Of a stretch of 64,000 bases of DNA, positions 51,550-64,000 are shown one piece after another. Each line of letters starts with the position of its first letter. Within the stretch, counting starts at the first letter, position 1. The position numbers and the translations under genes are program-made. Source of the DNA: Raillietiella orientalis (taxonomy: Eukaryota); the NCBI GenBank assembly GCA_036172245.1, contig JAYWIR010000010.1:3100001-3164000 (forward strand). Direction: 5' to 3'. The notes under the pieces are model-generated. The model had not been told where the DNA came from, did no database searches, and was given only the letters and a program-made list of their open reading frames with translations.

Positions 51550-53300
51550 AAATCTTCGCGGGACAACCGGATATTTAGACACATGAGCTCCTTTATGATG
51601 TGCTCCAGCAGATGTCGCATGATCTTGAGCTCATTTAACACTGCATCATCCCTCGGTTCCCAGAACCCTGGAATGCTCTGCTTGATTCTGGGACTCTTTT
51701 GGCCAAGCCTTGGAAACCAGTTGCTTGCGTTCGCTTATTTCCATTGTCTGGCTTCTCCCAAATCCTTTTGCGAGCTTTCCGAGAGGCAGGCAATACTCAG
51801 AATGCCCACTCTTGCCTCTTCTCACAGAAGTAGGTTGGGTCTGAGGTCTACGAATCAACTCTTGCTATGGATAGGTTGCAGGTCATGGTTCCCAGTTCTT
51901 CCGAATAGCCTTTAGGATATGTGCTGCTATAGTGCCGTGCCTCATGAGATTAGAGGTTATTGATGTACGGGTGTGGAGACCGTCCACTTGAAAGTGAGGT
52001 CCACATATAGCCAAGATTTTCAACTCTTGCACTGTTTCTTTCTTTAGGGACCTCAAAGACCCGGGAGAAACAATGAGACAAGTCAAAATGTAGAACTGCA
52101 TTCTGAAAGAGGGAAGAGAGCGGTCTCACTCTGTTCTCTATCCTCACGTTTCCCTCCTCCTCCTTACCCACGCCGCTGTCGTGTTTCAGAAAGAACAGGA
52201 GGCGTCAGAGATGATAATTCAATTTCCTTGTAGGAGCTTCCAGATCCAACTTGAATGGTGAATCAAGGACCGGCGTGGACTGATCCTTAGCCATAAGTGC
52301 CCATCGATCAAATTTGCGTCGGCACACTTCCGCAACCTCAGGCGAGTACAAGAATTGCTGCTCGCTTCTCTCAACAGCCTTACTGATGGAAGGGAACGAG
52401 TGAGGATCCTGCTGCCCGCTGAACAAGAATACCCGGTGGCAGGAATCCCTGGGGACGTGGAGGCGCATGGAGACAGTGCCATTCACTACTTTGAGAAAGT
52501 CCCCCCAACGAGAATCCTGGGCAACATGTAAGCCTACTTTCTAGGAAGCATTGCAAAATCATTCACAATGCACGCATATATCAGTGTGAAGAGTAGGAAG
52601 AGGGAGGTCCATGCCAGGGTAAAGAAGGTTGTCAAGCTCATCGCTCAGTGGACCAGGTCTCGGCTGAAACCACACCCAAAGAGTTAGCTCAGGGCCCTAG
52701 TGAGGATGGACCAATTCTCTTGGAATGTATCCAGAAAATTTCAAGGTCCTGGGTTTTCTGCAAGGCACCTTCCTTCCCTCTCACAACACTGCCATCTGAC
52801 AGTAGTGCACTGCAGTCTCTCTGAAAACTAGGATTTTCACCAACTTGCAGGGGAGAGGAACTCCAATACCCAAGGAATCTACCCACTGACGAATAACGGT
52901 ATCCATTCCTGATGTAATTCTGGAATGCCTCAGGAGCATTAGCAATGGAGCGCATCAAAGGAGCACTTTCGTTCATGACGCTCCCAAGGAAATAGATCCC
53001 AAGAATGCTCACCTCTTCGGAATCACCAGCTCCTTCCTTCCTCACCATCTTCTGCCAGGTGGGAGCAGAATCTCCAAAATGGAGGAGGTGCGTCTCTGTT
53101 ACCACGAAGAATCATTCGGATTCATCAGCGTCCTCATTCAAATCGTGGCGAAATGACCCGATTCAGGGTCTGGAGTACAAAGGAGACTTGGGGTGATGGT
53201 GACCTGGCCAGTTCGCAACCACTGGAGGCATCTTACTGTCTCTCCAGTCTAGTCCCTTCCGAACTCAAGCCCCCAGGATCATTGACGACACTGTGAAGCC
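51550..53300 (-). mobile_element. Decayed LINE relic (post-RT region)
   Basis: EEVSILGIYFLG in ORF 52689..53105(-) matches the KILGIYF/KYLG motif after the RT core; the rest is disrupted. Confidence 0.4.
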
Positions 53301-56300
53301 CATATTTTTTTTTTATTTAGTGGGTCTCTCGATCTCACCCATTGCACCATGTTCTCTTTAGTTCCGTTCCCAGTGAGCGAGCCGGCACGTCTTGCCCTAT
53401 GTCATTGGACAGATTTCTTTGTTTTTAATGAATGTACCTGCAATCTAGTAGGGAAAGGTGATCACCAGCGAAGAGGATGTACTTTGCTGCTCGAAGGATG
53501 TCATGGAGAGTTTCGGAAGGGAATGAGCTTTGCACCATTTGATATCTCAGCAGTGCAATCATGGATCCAATAAAGTAGATTTAGATCTGTGGATGTAATG
53601 CTGGTGTGAGTTTTCTGATGAATTCGTTCCATCCCACTTTGTTTCGGCAATGGAATGTCTTTTTGTCCCGCAAGCGAAGTGGAACGGATTCAAAACAGAA
53701 AGGGATTTGGAATCAGCATCCTATGTTCAGTTCTAAATCTAAACGAAGACATTCCATTTCCGAAACAAAGAAAGTGCCGAGGGGGATATCACCATGGCTG
53801 CAAACTGTTCCGAATTTACGGTGTTTAGTCATCAGTCGGCTTGTTTCGAAAATGCAAACAGCAAGAGCGGTATTTTTTCAAGATGGAATAATTGATCGTT
53901 CCAAAAAAAGGGCACAGTTTAAAACACAAACTCCAAAGAAATGACATCTGCAACACTTGAGAACTACAAATCTTTAACCACAATGAACATTCATTTTCTG
54001 CTTTACTGGAGTTCTGGGAGTTCCTCTAAACAGCAGCTATTGGGTAAGCAGCTGCCTTTAGAGTCAGTGCGTTGAGATTAGATTCGCTCTTTCCAAAATT
54101 GGGTCCTTCAGTATCGGGTGTTTTTATGATTCTGTCAAGGTCGTCCTGATGAATCCCGCGAATTTTTTCCATGAACACGTCCGCTGTCTGACAGAAGACG
54201 AACTTCAAGATCACGTGATTTCACACTCAAAAACCGCAAGATTTGTGGCTTGGAAATACCAGTTGCACGCTCGGTGGGATCTTCTATTTCAAGAGAAATG
54301 ATCGAGAAACTTCGAAACGTCTGCTCTTGAAGCACATCATTTTATATTCTGACAAAGAAATGCCAAGAAACTCGACCGGAAGTCGCTCGAGGCGACTGTT
54401 TTACCGTATAAATCTTTAAACCATAAAGTTAAATATTATTCAGAATAGATGAAGAGAATCTCAGTATTTTCACCTCATCCTAATTTCTGAACTGAATTTA
54501 TCTGCATCCCAATTGCACCGTGAGGAAGTGAGCTTCTAAACAAAACACACGTGCACACACACAAGAAAGTCTTTGCTAGTGCAGTCTGATGCTAGTGTGG
54601 ATATACGTTGGCAAGCATCACTTTGACGAAACTAAAAAATATGAAATTATCTCACATTTCAGCTTACAGAGAATTTACGATATCTTTGATGCATACCGAA
54701 TTCAACGCGCTCATTGTGTCAAGTGCAAATCAGCTGTAATTCTAAATCAACGGGAGGAAAGCTAATTACCGATTCGGAAGTCGAAACCCAGGCAGAAGAA
54801 CTGACCAATGCTTTGCAAAGGTCGTCTCATTTGATCTAGACACTTCTAATAATAAACGATAGCTGAGAATGAATCTTTTGCTGCGTACGTTGCTACACAC
54901 AGGAACATGTTCTTTGCCTTTCATGTCCTTCCAATCCCGAATGAGATGCAAGCAACGTTGCTCTCATTTTGCTACATTGAGATTCGAGTCTCATTTCTTG
55001 AATTATTCACCTTACTATGAAATAATGCTTCAATCGGTGAATTCTTGATTCTCATTGGGCCCCTGATTTATGAATTGGTATTCCCAGAAGCACTTTAAAG
55101 CTAATGGCGTTTGTGTGGGTGTTTTGAGTTATAAAGCTCTGCAAATCTCTCTCAAGTGCACTCAGCTGACGTGCCTGTTCGTAAGCTTGGAAGCACCTTT
55201 TGATGGTGATGTTTCACTGCTGATCGACCTCTCTGCCATCTTAAGCGTTGCTACGACTTAGATGAGTGTGGTTCACAGCGACCCGTTCTAAACTATGATA
55301 TGAATGTAATGCTAAGGGCTTTAGAGAAAAAAAAAAGAAGCTTTAGGAATCAATTTCTGAAAGGTCCATGGACAGAGTAGACATCAGTTAAGGACGTGGA
55401 GAACAGTCACTTTAATACTTAGCGAACCAGATCCACCTGAGTCCTTCTTTTGAATCAAGGACAACCGTACTTTGCCACAACATGAAAAAAAGTTCTAAAG
55501 TAGTGCAACGCCACTCTTTAATGAAGCTGAAATTTTGAACTGCCAACATGCCATCGTATCAGAGATTCGAGTTGCCTCCGAGAAAGAACAAACTGAGGAG
55601 TCTACTTGGTTATATTCAGTTGTCGCTGCCAAGCCTGCAAAACACACTGAGGTCAACGGAACCTGAAAAACGCTGTCACAAATTCAGAAACGCAGATACT
55701 GTGGATCTGTCATCAGAAGATGGCGAACAGATTGTTCTGAAGGGGGTAATGTGGTCATGCAGATGTAATTCTAAGCAGCGCATCCTCCTCTTACTTGATC
55801 ATGAGTGAGATCGTACATAACCAAGAAGCAAAGATCATGATCGTTTGCTGATCCTCACCGTAGCCAGTGAGATGGATGTCTCAAAACGAAGCAAAGTTCA
55901 AACATTTCTCTCATCACACTAGTCACGATTTTGTGAAATGAAAGGCTGGAATCCATGCACGAGGAAGGAAGATGTGAATGATACGAGCCTTCAAAAACTG
56001 CTCTCTATTCAGTCCAGAATTCCATAACATGGGGACTTCTCGAAACAGTTTACTCGCGATGAGTATGCCCCACAATCCCCAGCTGTAACGGGCATGACGC
56101 ACATCCAGAGTTTCACTCCGAGATGGAAAGATGACTCGCATCTTACATTACATTTGGTGCCTTCACGTCCTATGAGCCTATGAGAAATGCAATCGTTTTC
56201 AGATCAAGCAGATTCAACTCATGGAAGCACAGGCAGCCCTTATCACAAAATATCTTGAACAAGAGAAGACCGTTGTTCCGAGGACGGCGAAACCGCATTT

Positions 56301-56475
56301 CTGTCCAACGACAAATGCCTAAGATTCGCACACTGAGAATTCCTTTATGCTGCACGACCCAACCTTCTGCCTGCGCGGACATCGTCTACCGGGTCGGTGG
56401 TCGATCGCATATGCAGAAGGCGCGTCGTGCGGGAAGAATTCCTAAGAGACACTCAGTCGCTGGGTCAACAAGAGA

Positions 56476-57106
56476 ATCGGCGCTCCTAAGAACTGGAAAA
56501 GGTTCTACTATTTACTGCTCATAAAAGGATAGGAAGCAGTAAATCTGGGTCTGTAAGGTGGTTTCGTGCGATGAATAGCAAATTTGCCCGAGGCATGGAT
56601 GAATTGCTTTCGGATGGTAGCCTTCCGATTCTTTCCCCTGCAAGAGCAGGTTACTTTGGTGGGATCGATGCAAGCAATAATGAATATGCGTCTTGTAGAG
56701 AGCAGAAGCATCAATCTCTTGCAGACCCATGCAGCTCTTCGTTTCCAGATAGCCACTTTGATCTGGGCTACCAGTCAAAGAGAACCATGATCAGCAAAAG
56801 ACATAGACTGGTAGCCCAGATCAAAGTGGCTATCTGGAAACGAAGAGCTGCATGGGTCTGCAAGAGATTGATGCTTCTGCTCTCTACAAGACGCATATTC
56901 ATTATTGCTTGCATCGATCCCACCAAAGTAACCTGCTCTTGCAGGAGAAAGAATCGGAAGGCTACCATCCGAAAGCAATTCATCCATGCCTCGGGCAAAT
57001 TTGCTATTCATCGCACGAAACCACCTTACAGACCCAGATTTACTGCTTCCTATCCTTTTATGAGCAGTAAATAGTAGCGCCTTTTCCAGTTCTTAAGAGC
57101 GCCGAT
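56476..57106. repeat. Long palindrome: 301-bp arms (56476-56776, 56806-57106), 29-nt spacer, 4 mismatches
   Basis: Base-by-base reverse-complement comparison. The spacer is AAAGAGAACCATGATCAGCAAAAGACATA. Mirror ORFs appear on both strands in the supplied track. Confidence 0.98.
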
Positions 57107-57129
57107 CTTTTGATAGGATTAAAAAATGA

Positions 57130-58400
57130 AGATGTCATCTTTTAAGGATTCATTAAATGTCCACAACGAATTCCCGGATCTCTGCCGTATGCGCAGCGCC
57201 TCCTCCACGGGGTTAGAGCCTCGTCAGTGCAGCTGCGTAGACCTCCCGTGTCGCCTACGGCGAAGGAACGGGGTGTTTACCGTGATTTGGCGAGCTTGCG
57301 CCGGATGAGTGATGGCGGAGGTGGTAGTCTTCGACGGTGTCGTAGACCACCATCAGGATTACCGACTGGAAGGCCTTCGGATCGGGGCGTTCTCGAGGGA
57401 ATTCGCCCGCAGCTGCTGCCTGGTTCTCGGAAGGGCGATTCACGTTAGATAGGATTTGGATTGCCAGTCCGCTGAAGGGGTCGGGAGTCTGTTCCACCGG
57501 ACTTGGCTAGGCCACTCGGAGGAGAGCAGCCCCCGCTGGCCAACTCGTTGCGGAGCGCCGGGATTGCAAGAGAGCTGCGCAATGGCTGAGGATGTGAAGA
57601 AGTTCTTTCTAGTTCGCACGAGCCTCACGCATGCACGATCGCACTATCTTTTATGAGTGCATCATGCATGGGAATCATATGGAGCCGCAGCATGCAGGAC
57701 TTCGGAACGTCTTCCCCATCCTCGTCTTCCGCCAAGCACTTTGCATAGCTGCTGGATTTTACTCGTGACCATGGACGGTGATCATTGGGGAATGCTGCGG
57801 AGATCTGCAACAGCCTCTGATCCTCTGCTACTTTTGGACTTTAGCTTTGTGAGAGGAAAGACCATAGCTGCGCTCCATCCGAAAAAGGGGTGTTCGAAGG
57901 GGAATCCTTCTTTAAAGAGCGCGCGAATTCCTTGGATTTCATCGAACCCGGGAAGAATCCTGGAATCTCTCTTCACTCTTCCCACGTGATTTCAGTAGTG
58001 ATTCTTTCATGGTTTGCTGCGATACTTGATCCGCAAACCGAGGCAGTGGCCAGTATCCCCGCGAATGGCAGAGACACGGGCTGAGGATTCCGAACGAAAG
58101 GTGTTGGATTCGAAGCGACCCGCGAGTCAGCACTCCCTGCATTTTGTCACACGCTCGCGTTCATCAACCGCAAGACCATCATGAGATAATTTTCAGCTTT
58201 TGCAGCAGCCATGCGGGATCCAAGTGGAGCAAACTGTGGAAAAGGACCTCCCTGAGTAAGCCCCCAATTTTCTCTTCAGCGTAATCCAGGTTTCCGGCTA
58301 ACCGATGAACAGGCATCGTTCCAGCAGCAAGATAATAATCACCATGACAACGATCGGTCATCACCATCAGCGTGATAGGAGGTAAGTTTGTGAATTTCGT
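57130..58400 (-). mobile_element. Decayed LINE ORF2 relic (endonuclease to start of RT)
   Basis: Minus-strand DYYLAAG (xxIxGGDFN-like) and ERPDPKAF (SPGPDGF-like) occur in LINE order within GC-rich disrupted frames. Weak motif resemblance only. Confidence 0.3.
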
Positions 58401-60099
58401 GAGGTTGGTTTCCTGTTGCGCTGAAAGGGATTTCTGCTCCGCGCGCTCTCCAGCTCTGGGAAAAGCTTAGCAATTGTGGGCTTCCTTCAGAGACATGTGG
58501 AATATAAGGCTTTCGGGAGTCCTATGTTCCTGGAAGATTTGCACCTGGATGTGGGAGTCGTCCATCTTTGTCCAACAGATGCATTCAAAGCACTCCTCTT
58601 CTCTATTGGACCGGGGATCCAATTTGGCACCTAAGCCGATCTTCCCCCATTCTTTCCTCCTCCTCCTTCAAGAAGATCGCCCACCTAGAGATTGCCCCTA
58701 CCGAGTTCCTGAGCTAAGAACTCAGCAGAACCGTTGACGTGACACTTATCGTCTGTTGAAAATCATACAGAGGTGATGCCCACATGAAGATCACCTCCGT
58801 CCTATGCATGATGCAGCGCAAGGAAGCACGAAAGAGCTCAGATCAAGTGTGGAGAGGGGAAGATCTCGTGGCTTTCACGACTGCATCATACACCAGAACA
58901 TTTCCTTTGAAGCAGCCTCAACTTCCACGAGTACAGGCTTATTGATGGAACCCCACTGAACCTCCTTCCCGTAAGAGCATAGCCTATCAGGCATGATGCA
59001 GACGAATGCTCAGAACGACATATGAGAAATCCCTATGACACAATGTCGGTAACTGTGCCAGCCACCAAACGGTGGTCACTGAGAGTCACGGTGGAATAGC
59101 GAAACAGATCAAGAAGACCACCCTAAAACAATGGGACATGGAGGCTTCCAACCAACCCAACCCATGAACCCAACCGGACTTATACAAGATTTGGTGCTCC
59201 AAGAAGGAGGATCAGTCATCATGGACCTGGAACTCCCATGGCATTCTATCACAATGCTGAAAGAGAGGAGAGCAAATGCCAAAGATTAATGCCCTTTACT
59301 CTTCCTTGAAGAGAGTTCCGGATACAGCGAAGGCGATCGTGGCTGGATCCTGGAGATCATTGGATCTGATGAGTCACGACATACCGAGAACACTAGCAAT
59401 CACGAAAAAAAAAAAAACAGGCAGGCAACATCAGGATAGAGATGATGGTCTTTAGAAGCATCCAATCCTTTTAATGACCTGTTGGCAGCGTGGACTGCTT
59501 CTTTGTAGCTGCAATTCACGAGTTTGAAACAGTAAAGTTTGGACGACCTATAGTGGTTCCAATGTGCTGCTGGGAATTTTGATCGCCTGCTGTTGCCTGA
59601 CGTTCGGGTTTGTCAAGTTGAAAGAAGAACTGTGCATTCAGAAAATTAGTGGTCAGTAAATCATGCATGGGACGATGAGTTTTTTCTTTCAAGAACGGGA
59701 TAACTCCTGTGGTCAGTGCACTTGTTCTCATCACGGACGCATCCATCTCCATAAGCACCCCGAACGCTACAGCTTTACTGAAAGCTTGCCGGCTTCCGGT
59801 CATCGATAACTCGCAGCTTCCCAACGAGTCAGCACATCTGGCACTGAGAAGTGCACTCGGTCATTTCGCCTTAGTAGAGTGTCCACGCGTTCCAGGTATC
59901 TGATGTTCCGGTATATTTTGAAAACCATTCCTGTTATTCGAGAAGAAAGAATGCCTAAATTCCTAAGCAGTCAAAATTTAGAAAGACATTGTTGCTATGG
60001 AAAACGATGTATTCTGGAAAGGTAGGGCAACACATTCCAGGGTGAATCGATTTTTCACGATGATGATTTTTCCATTTCTCCCAGGAGTTTCCCAAGATT

Positions 60100-61480
60100 A
60101 CTAAGAATGTGCTTAGAAGTCACTCTTCCTTTTGCTCACTCCAATGCTGTGAAGCGTGCAAATCGAAGTCTTGTTCAACTCCGGTAGCCCTGTTCAGGAT
60201 TCTCGAGATGTACAAAGAAAAGAAATGTGGGGTAGGGATTTTACTCAGCTTTCACCGTCTTCTATATCTGCCGAGCACTGCCCGTTGCCGAAGAAGAGAT
60301 GTGCACGGGCAAAGTTCAGGAGCGGGAATGTTCGGTAGTTTGGTGAAGGAAGATCTCGTATAGTCTGTTATAAAAGCCTGTTGAGATTCCTGCTTTTCTT
60401 AATGCACGTTCATCTTCAGTCCAGTGGCCTCGCTTGGGCAGAACCTCGGATGCTTCGTTCTCGACAGCGTCCTCCTCCACCCGAGGTAACTGAAGAGCCC
60501 CTGACATGGAATCCGCGACGGTGTGCACCAGCCGTGAGATCTGATTTTTGCTTATCCGAATATGGGCATTACGATACATGAAACACCACATCGCGTTGCA
60601 CGACCACTGAAAAACACAGAAAGGGGCACCTCTTCGAAAATGGGGCATCGACTGCAAGACTGCATAACCTGCTCTTCTGCTTCGGAAACCAGAGCGCTCT
60701 TTCCTCCCCTGTCTTACGATGTGCAAGGGAATTCGATGGAAACTGCACCTAATTGGGAACGAGGGTACGGAAATTGCGGCGTTTATTGTGTCCAGTCACG
60801 TTCTGCGATGGCGAACCCATTTCTGCCCAACAGGAACGAGGGACTCCAAGTCTGGATCGACTTAAGCCGGCCGAAGGTCGCAAAATTCGCCTAAAAAGGT
60901 ACATTCTTCCAGAGACGGACAGAGAAAGAGAAGAAGAATTCTAGAGACAGAGAGAAGCACCAAAGACAAAAACTCGATTAGAGAACTGCTCCTGATTTCT
61001 CAGTTCCTCATTTCCTTGGAACACTGCGGTATTTTGGAGGAGGGGGCCTGGAGGGCGAAAATGGCACAAAAATTTCGATTTCACGCTTTAGGAGAAGCCT
61101 GCGATGAACGCTGGAAGGCTCGTCAGCTAGGCTCCTGCACGGCAGAGTTACGGGGGGGATATAAATTACCTCCCAAAATCTCAAGTAAGGAAGAAATCGA
61201 ACAATGTCCGCAAATTGTAGCTCTGCCCTGGATCGCCTGAGTGCGAATTTCAATGCGGAAAACTTGGAGTTATTTCTCTCCCCGCTTCCCTTGCTTCTGG
61301 AATTCCGGAAGGAAGTTCAGGGAACCATGGTTGCTTTATCCTCGCGGTAAGCACTCGAAAAATAAAAGTTTCGCGATCAACGGTGGAAATTCAAAAGAAC
61401 GCGCGAGCTGCACAATGCCAAAACTTTGCCAAAGTGGGGAAAAAAAAATTATCCTATTTCTTAGAAAGGGTTTAAACTAA
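60100..61480 (+). mobile_element. Decayed L1/Tx1-like ORF2 linker relic
   Basis: EGLQVWIDL...KGTFFQRRTEK and PKISSKEEIEQCPQIVALPW...KTWSYFSP resemble the GAxIRSR..GEK.TKYFF and PITxEEI...KSPG...FW..LGP linker motifs. Confidence 0.35.
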
Positions 61481-61639
61481 AGCAGCTAGGAAGGTTTTTA
61501 TGTTTGTCACCTTTGAAAAAAATTTTTTTTTAGCGCTACCTACGTTACTTCGAGCACTTCTTGGAACTACATCTCGGAAAAGAAAAAAATGAAACTACAT
61601 CTTGGAAAGATGTAGTTCTATTCTACTTCCAGGAGAACT

Positions 61640-63300
61640 CTGAAAGTTCGAACCTGGTGCCTACTCCGGGACTGTGGCAATAAATGAACCTTCGAAAGCA
61701 CTCTCAGTGGAATTCTTTCCTTCAGCAAACCTCAGAATAGCAAGCATCCTAGAAACCAGCTTCCTTGATTCTCTTGAGATCTATCTGTTGATCCAACTGA
61801 AACACATAATTAGAAATAAACCCTCGAATGTCATTGAAGGGGGTTTCATTCTTTGGAACAACACCTCTGTTGAGGTACAGGAGCAACCAATGGCATCCCG
61901 GTATGCATTTCCAGTTCCTGCTTCTGCCTTTTGTTTTTGCTTTTTTTTTTAAAAGGAAAAAAAGATCCGGAAAGAGATTCTCGGCAAGTGCATCACTTGT
62001 CCAGCTTCGTCGCTGCTGGAGCGACGGAAGATCGTTGATCCGAGACGGAAGAGTTCGCGAGGGCCACGTTCCTTGTAGGGAAGACAGCTTTGTCGGGCGG
62101 ATTCATCCCCACGGTTCGAGTCCCCATCGTTTCTCTCCTCACCCAGAGTTTCCCGTGTGCGGCCGGGCTCGAGTTTTGCTGTTGCCGCTGGTGGCGTTTC
62201 TCTCTCTCTCCGTAAGCCAGCGCTCGGTCATTGTCCGACAGATGTCCCGGCAGTGTTGGATGCTGGACGACATCATCGGCTTGCTTGTGAACACGGTGAA
62301 GGTCGCAAACGTCCTGCTCCCTTTTCTCCAGTGCAGTCCCTCCGTTTACTCGACAAACGGAGCGGGTTCGCACATTCCAGTTCTTGGAATGTCCCGCTCT
62401 TGCAGAGCGTCTCCGCTCATCGGAGACACCAAGATCGCTATCTTGGGGTCTCCAATGAGACGGTCGCACGGACTGAGGCTTGGGTTCGTGGGAGCGACGA
62501 AGAGAACGCGTCTTTCCGATGGGTTCCTTCCGTTGCTTCGCAGCTTTCTACGTCCCCTAGAAAATTGCTGGCATTCTTTCGGATGGTCAATAGGCGTCCA
62601 ACATCATGGCCCGGCACGCTTTCCTCGGCCACAATGTTGGGTCTCAGCGACGACCGACTCCATACCGTGCGTTTGCTGCCCACACGATCTCCTCCATCGT
62701 CCGTTCGCGGCCTTCTCGATGGTCTGGTCTGGTCTTTGCGGAAGAAGCAAGACCAGACCTCAAGTGGCGAGCGCCTCCGGTGCCGAGGCGGAGGTGCCGC
62801 CGGACGCGATCATCTGAGATACGCCGAAGCGTTTCATCCCGTTTCGGGAAGCGACGGCAAGATCGATCTCCCATCCGTTCCCGAGCTGGCTCATGGATAT
62901 ACGGGGGCTCCAGACAGACTCACGTCTGGAGTGGGTCTGGAGCATGGAGTAAAACCACTCCAAGAGTAGTTGTCCCACACTGGTGACGAAACAGCTGGAG
63001 AGCAGGTCTCTCTCTGATGAGAAAGGTCCTCGATTGCCGGGTCGAGAAACGTCGAGCATCGCCGGATGCTGCGAGAGTTGGAGTCTCATGCTGCGATCGA
63101 AAGAGGTTTCTCCTCGCAGGTTCGTCCTTCTAAAAATGCAAGAGTTCACGCACCCGAGAGAGTGCCTTTCTTCCCTGAGGCGGAACGCTTTGAACGCCGT
63201 TGGTCCTCCGTGCAGACTTTCGGTGGTGTGATCAGGAGTGCATTCTCCAGAGCGCGTCGGCGGGGGTATTTTCTTCATCTTCCATTTATTGGCTCTCTCT
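61640..63300 (-). mobile_element. Decayed L1/Tx1-like ORF2 relic B
   Basis: Contains the inverted copy of 39105-40307 and continues on the minus strand with GNAYRDAIGCSCTSTEVLFQRMKP (NYRPISL...L..RLK-like). Confidence 0.55.
61972..63174 (-). repeat. Right arm of the 1203-bp inverted repeat (partner 39105-40307)
   Basis: Its reverse complement matches 39105-40307 from GGAAGAAAGGCACT to GAGAATCTCTT. Confidence 0.97.
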
Positions 63301-64000
63301 CCGCATGCTGGAGATGCTGTTTCAGTAGCTCATGAATGAGATGTTAGCTATTGAAAGGATTCTCCGTTTTGATGTAGGCCACCCATGATGAGCTGAAGGA
63401 ACACCACAGTTAGCGTTTTTGCCCTGTGATTGGCCCCTTCTAAGAAGTTTGGTGCTCAGTTTCCATCAACTCACCTTGGGTGACATCTAAGCAGACACCT
63501 GAAGAAACGACTCTAGAACCTCTGCGTAAGTAGGATGGAACTGGTGGGTTGCCAAAGAATGATTTCCCGAGCCAACAAGAGGCTTTCCGATCACATCCTA
63601 AGGGATACAATGCTTACTTGAGGAAATTGCATTCCAGGATGCTCCTAGCAGAGTTCCGGGAAAAGTACCATTCAGTGCAGGAAAGCCTGAACGTACTTGT
63701 GATTTGTAAAATTGCAAACTTTAGGTACCTGAAATTCTGCTGATTCCTTGAGGCTCTTTTTTCGTTTTTTATGTTGAAGCTATGAGAGTTCGTGCGAAAC
63801 TCAAAGCAAGTACTATCTAATAATGTTGAGACCACAGATGAGTGCTGAGGAGGTACATGATGCCTCTGGCGTTGCGCCTACGAAGCAAGCTCACTGTTAT
63901 GATCAAAAGAAAACAAGAATAATGTTAGCAATGGTTCCAATGTATCTTTATAACTAAAAATAACGGTCTGTCAGGTATGTATTCCCTTCCTATTATCGAG

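Noticed and set aside
56852..57070. EIDASALYK in the palindrome arm as a family-B polymerase motif
   Set aside because: The ORF is short, lacks the SLYPS context, and the opposite strand is better explained as LINE sequence.
59366..59390. Hammerhead ribozyme core CTGATGAGTC-AC-GAC
   Set aside because: The required GAAA after stem II is absent (ATAC), and no flanking stems I/III are evident.
62113..62123. Perfect B-box GGTTCGAGTCC suggesting a tRNA
   Set aside because: No A-box or cloverleaf; it lies inside the LINE-derived repeat.
61828..62969. Long ORFs of 329 and 270 aa (and mirrors 39462..40382, 39310..40122) as novel genes
   Set aside because: They lie antisense to GC-rich LINE remnants, overlap in several frames, lack recognisable domains, and the 329/306-aa pair differ at their N-termini outside the repeat.

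Overview
Eukaryotic (animal-type, compact-intron) genomic DNA, not prokaryotic. An AT-rich island at about 16-36 kb holds two divergently oriented spliced housekeeping genes that I could assemble by hand: neuroguidin/Lcp5 (NGDN, minus strand, 7 coding exons, 290 aa, all six introns 39-47 nt) and VPS15/PIK3R4 (plus strand, 27 coding exons, about 1317 aa; kinase-like, HEAT and WD40 domains). Both flanks (1-16 kb, 36-64 kb) are largely filled with frameshifted non-LTR retrotransposon relics, mostly L1/Tx1-like. The most unusual structures are: (i) a 301-bp-arm near-perfect palindrome with a 29-nt spacer, apparently made of LINE sequence (56476-57106); (ii) a 1203-bp near-identical inverted pair (39105-40307 and 61972-63174) inside two otherwise deeply diverged LINE relics, enclosing that palindrome; (iii) an abrupt GC/CpG switch inside VPS15; (iv) many AAG splice acceptors in VPS15; (v) a GC-rich hairpin chain plus a degenerate ~42-bp repeat at 5.4-6.1 kb. 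I found no demonstrable new protein-coding system. The best candidate for something new is an inverted-repeat LINE locus that may be homogenised by gene conversion and/or produce dsRNA; an assembly or amplification artefact must be excluded first. All alignments were done by eye, and TE boundaries are approximate.
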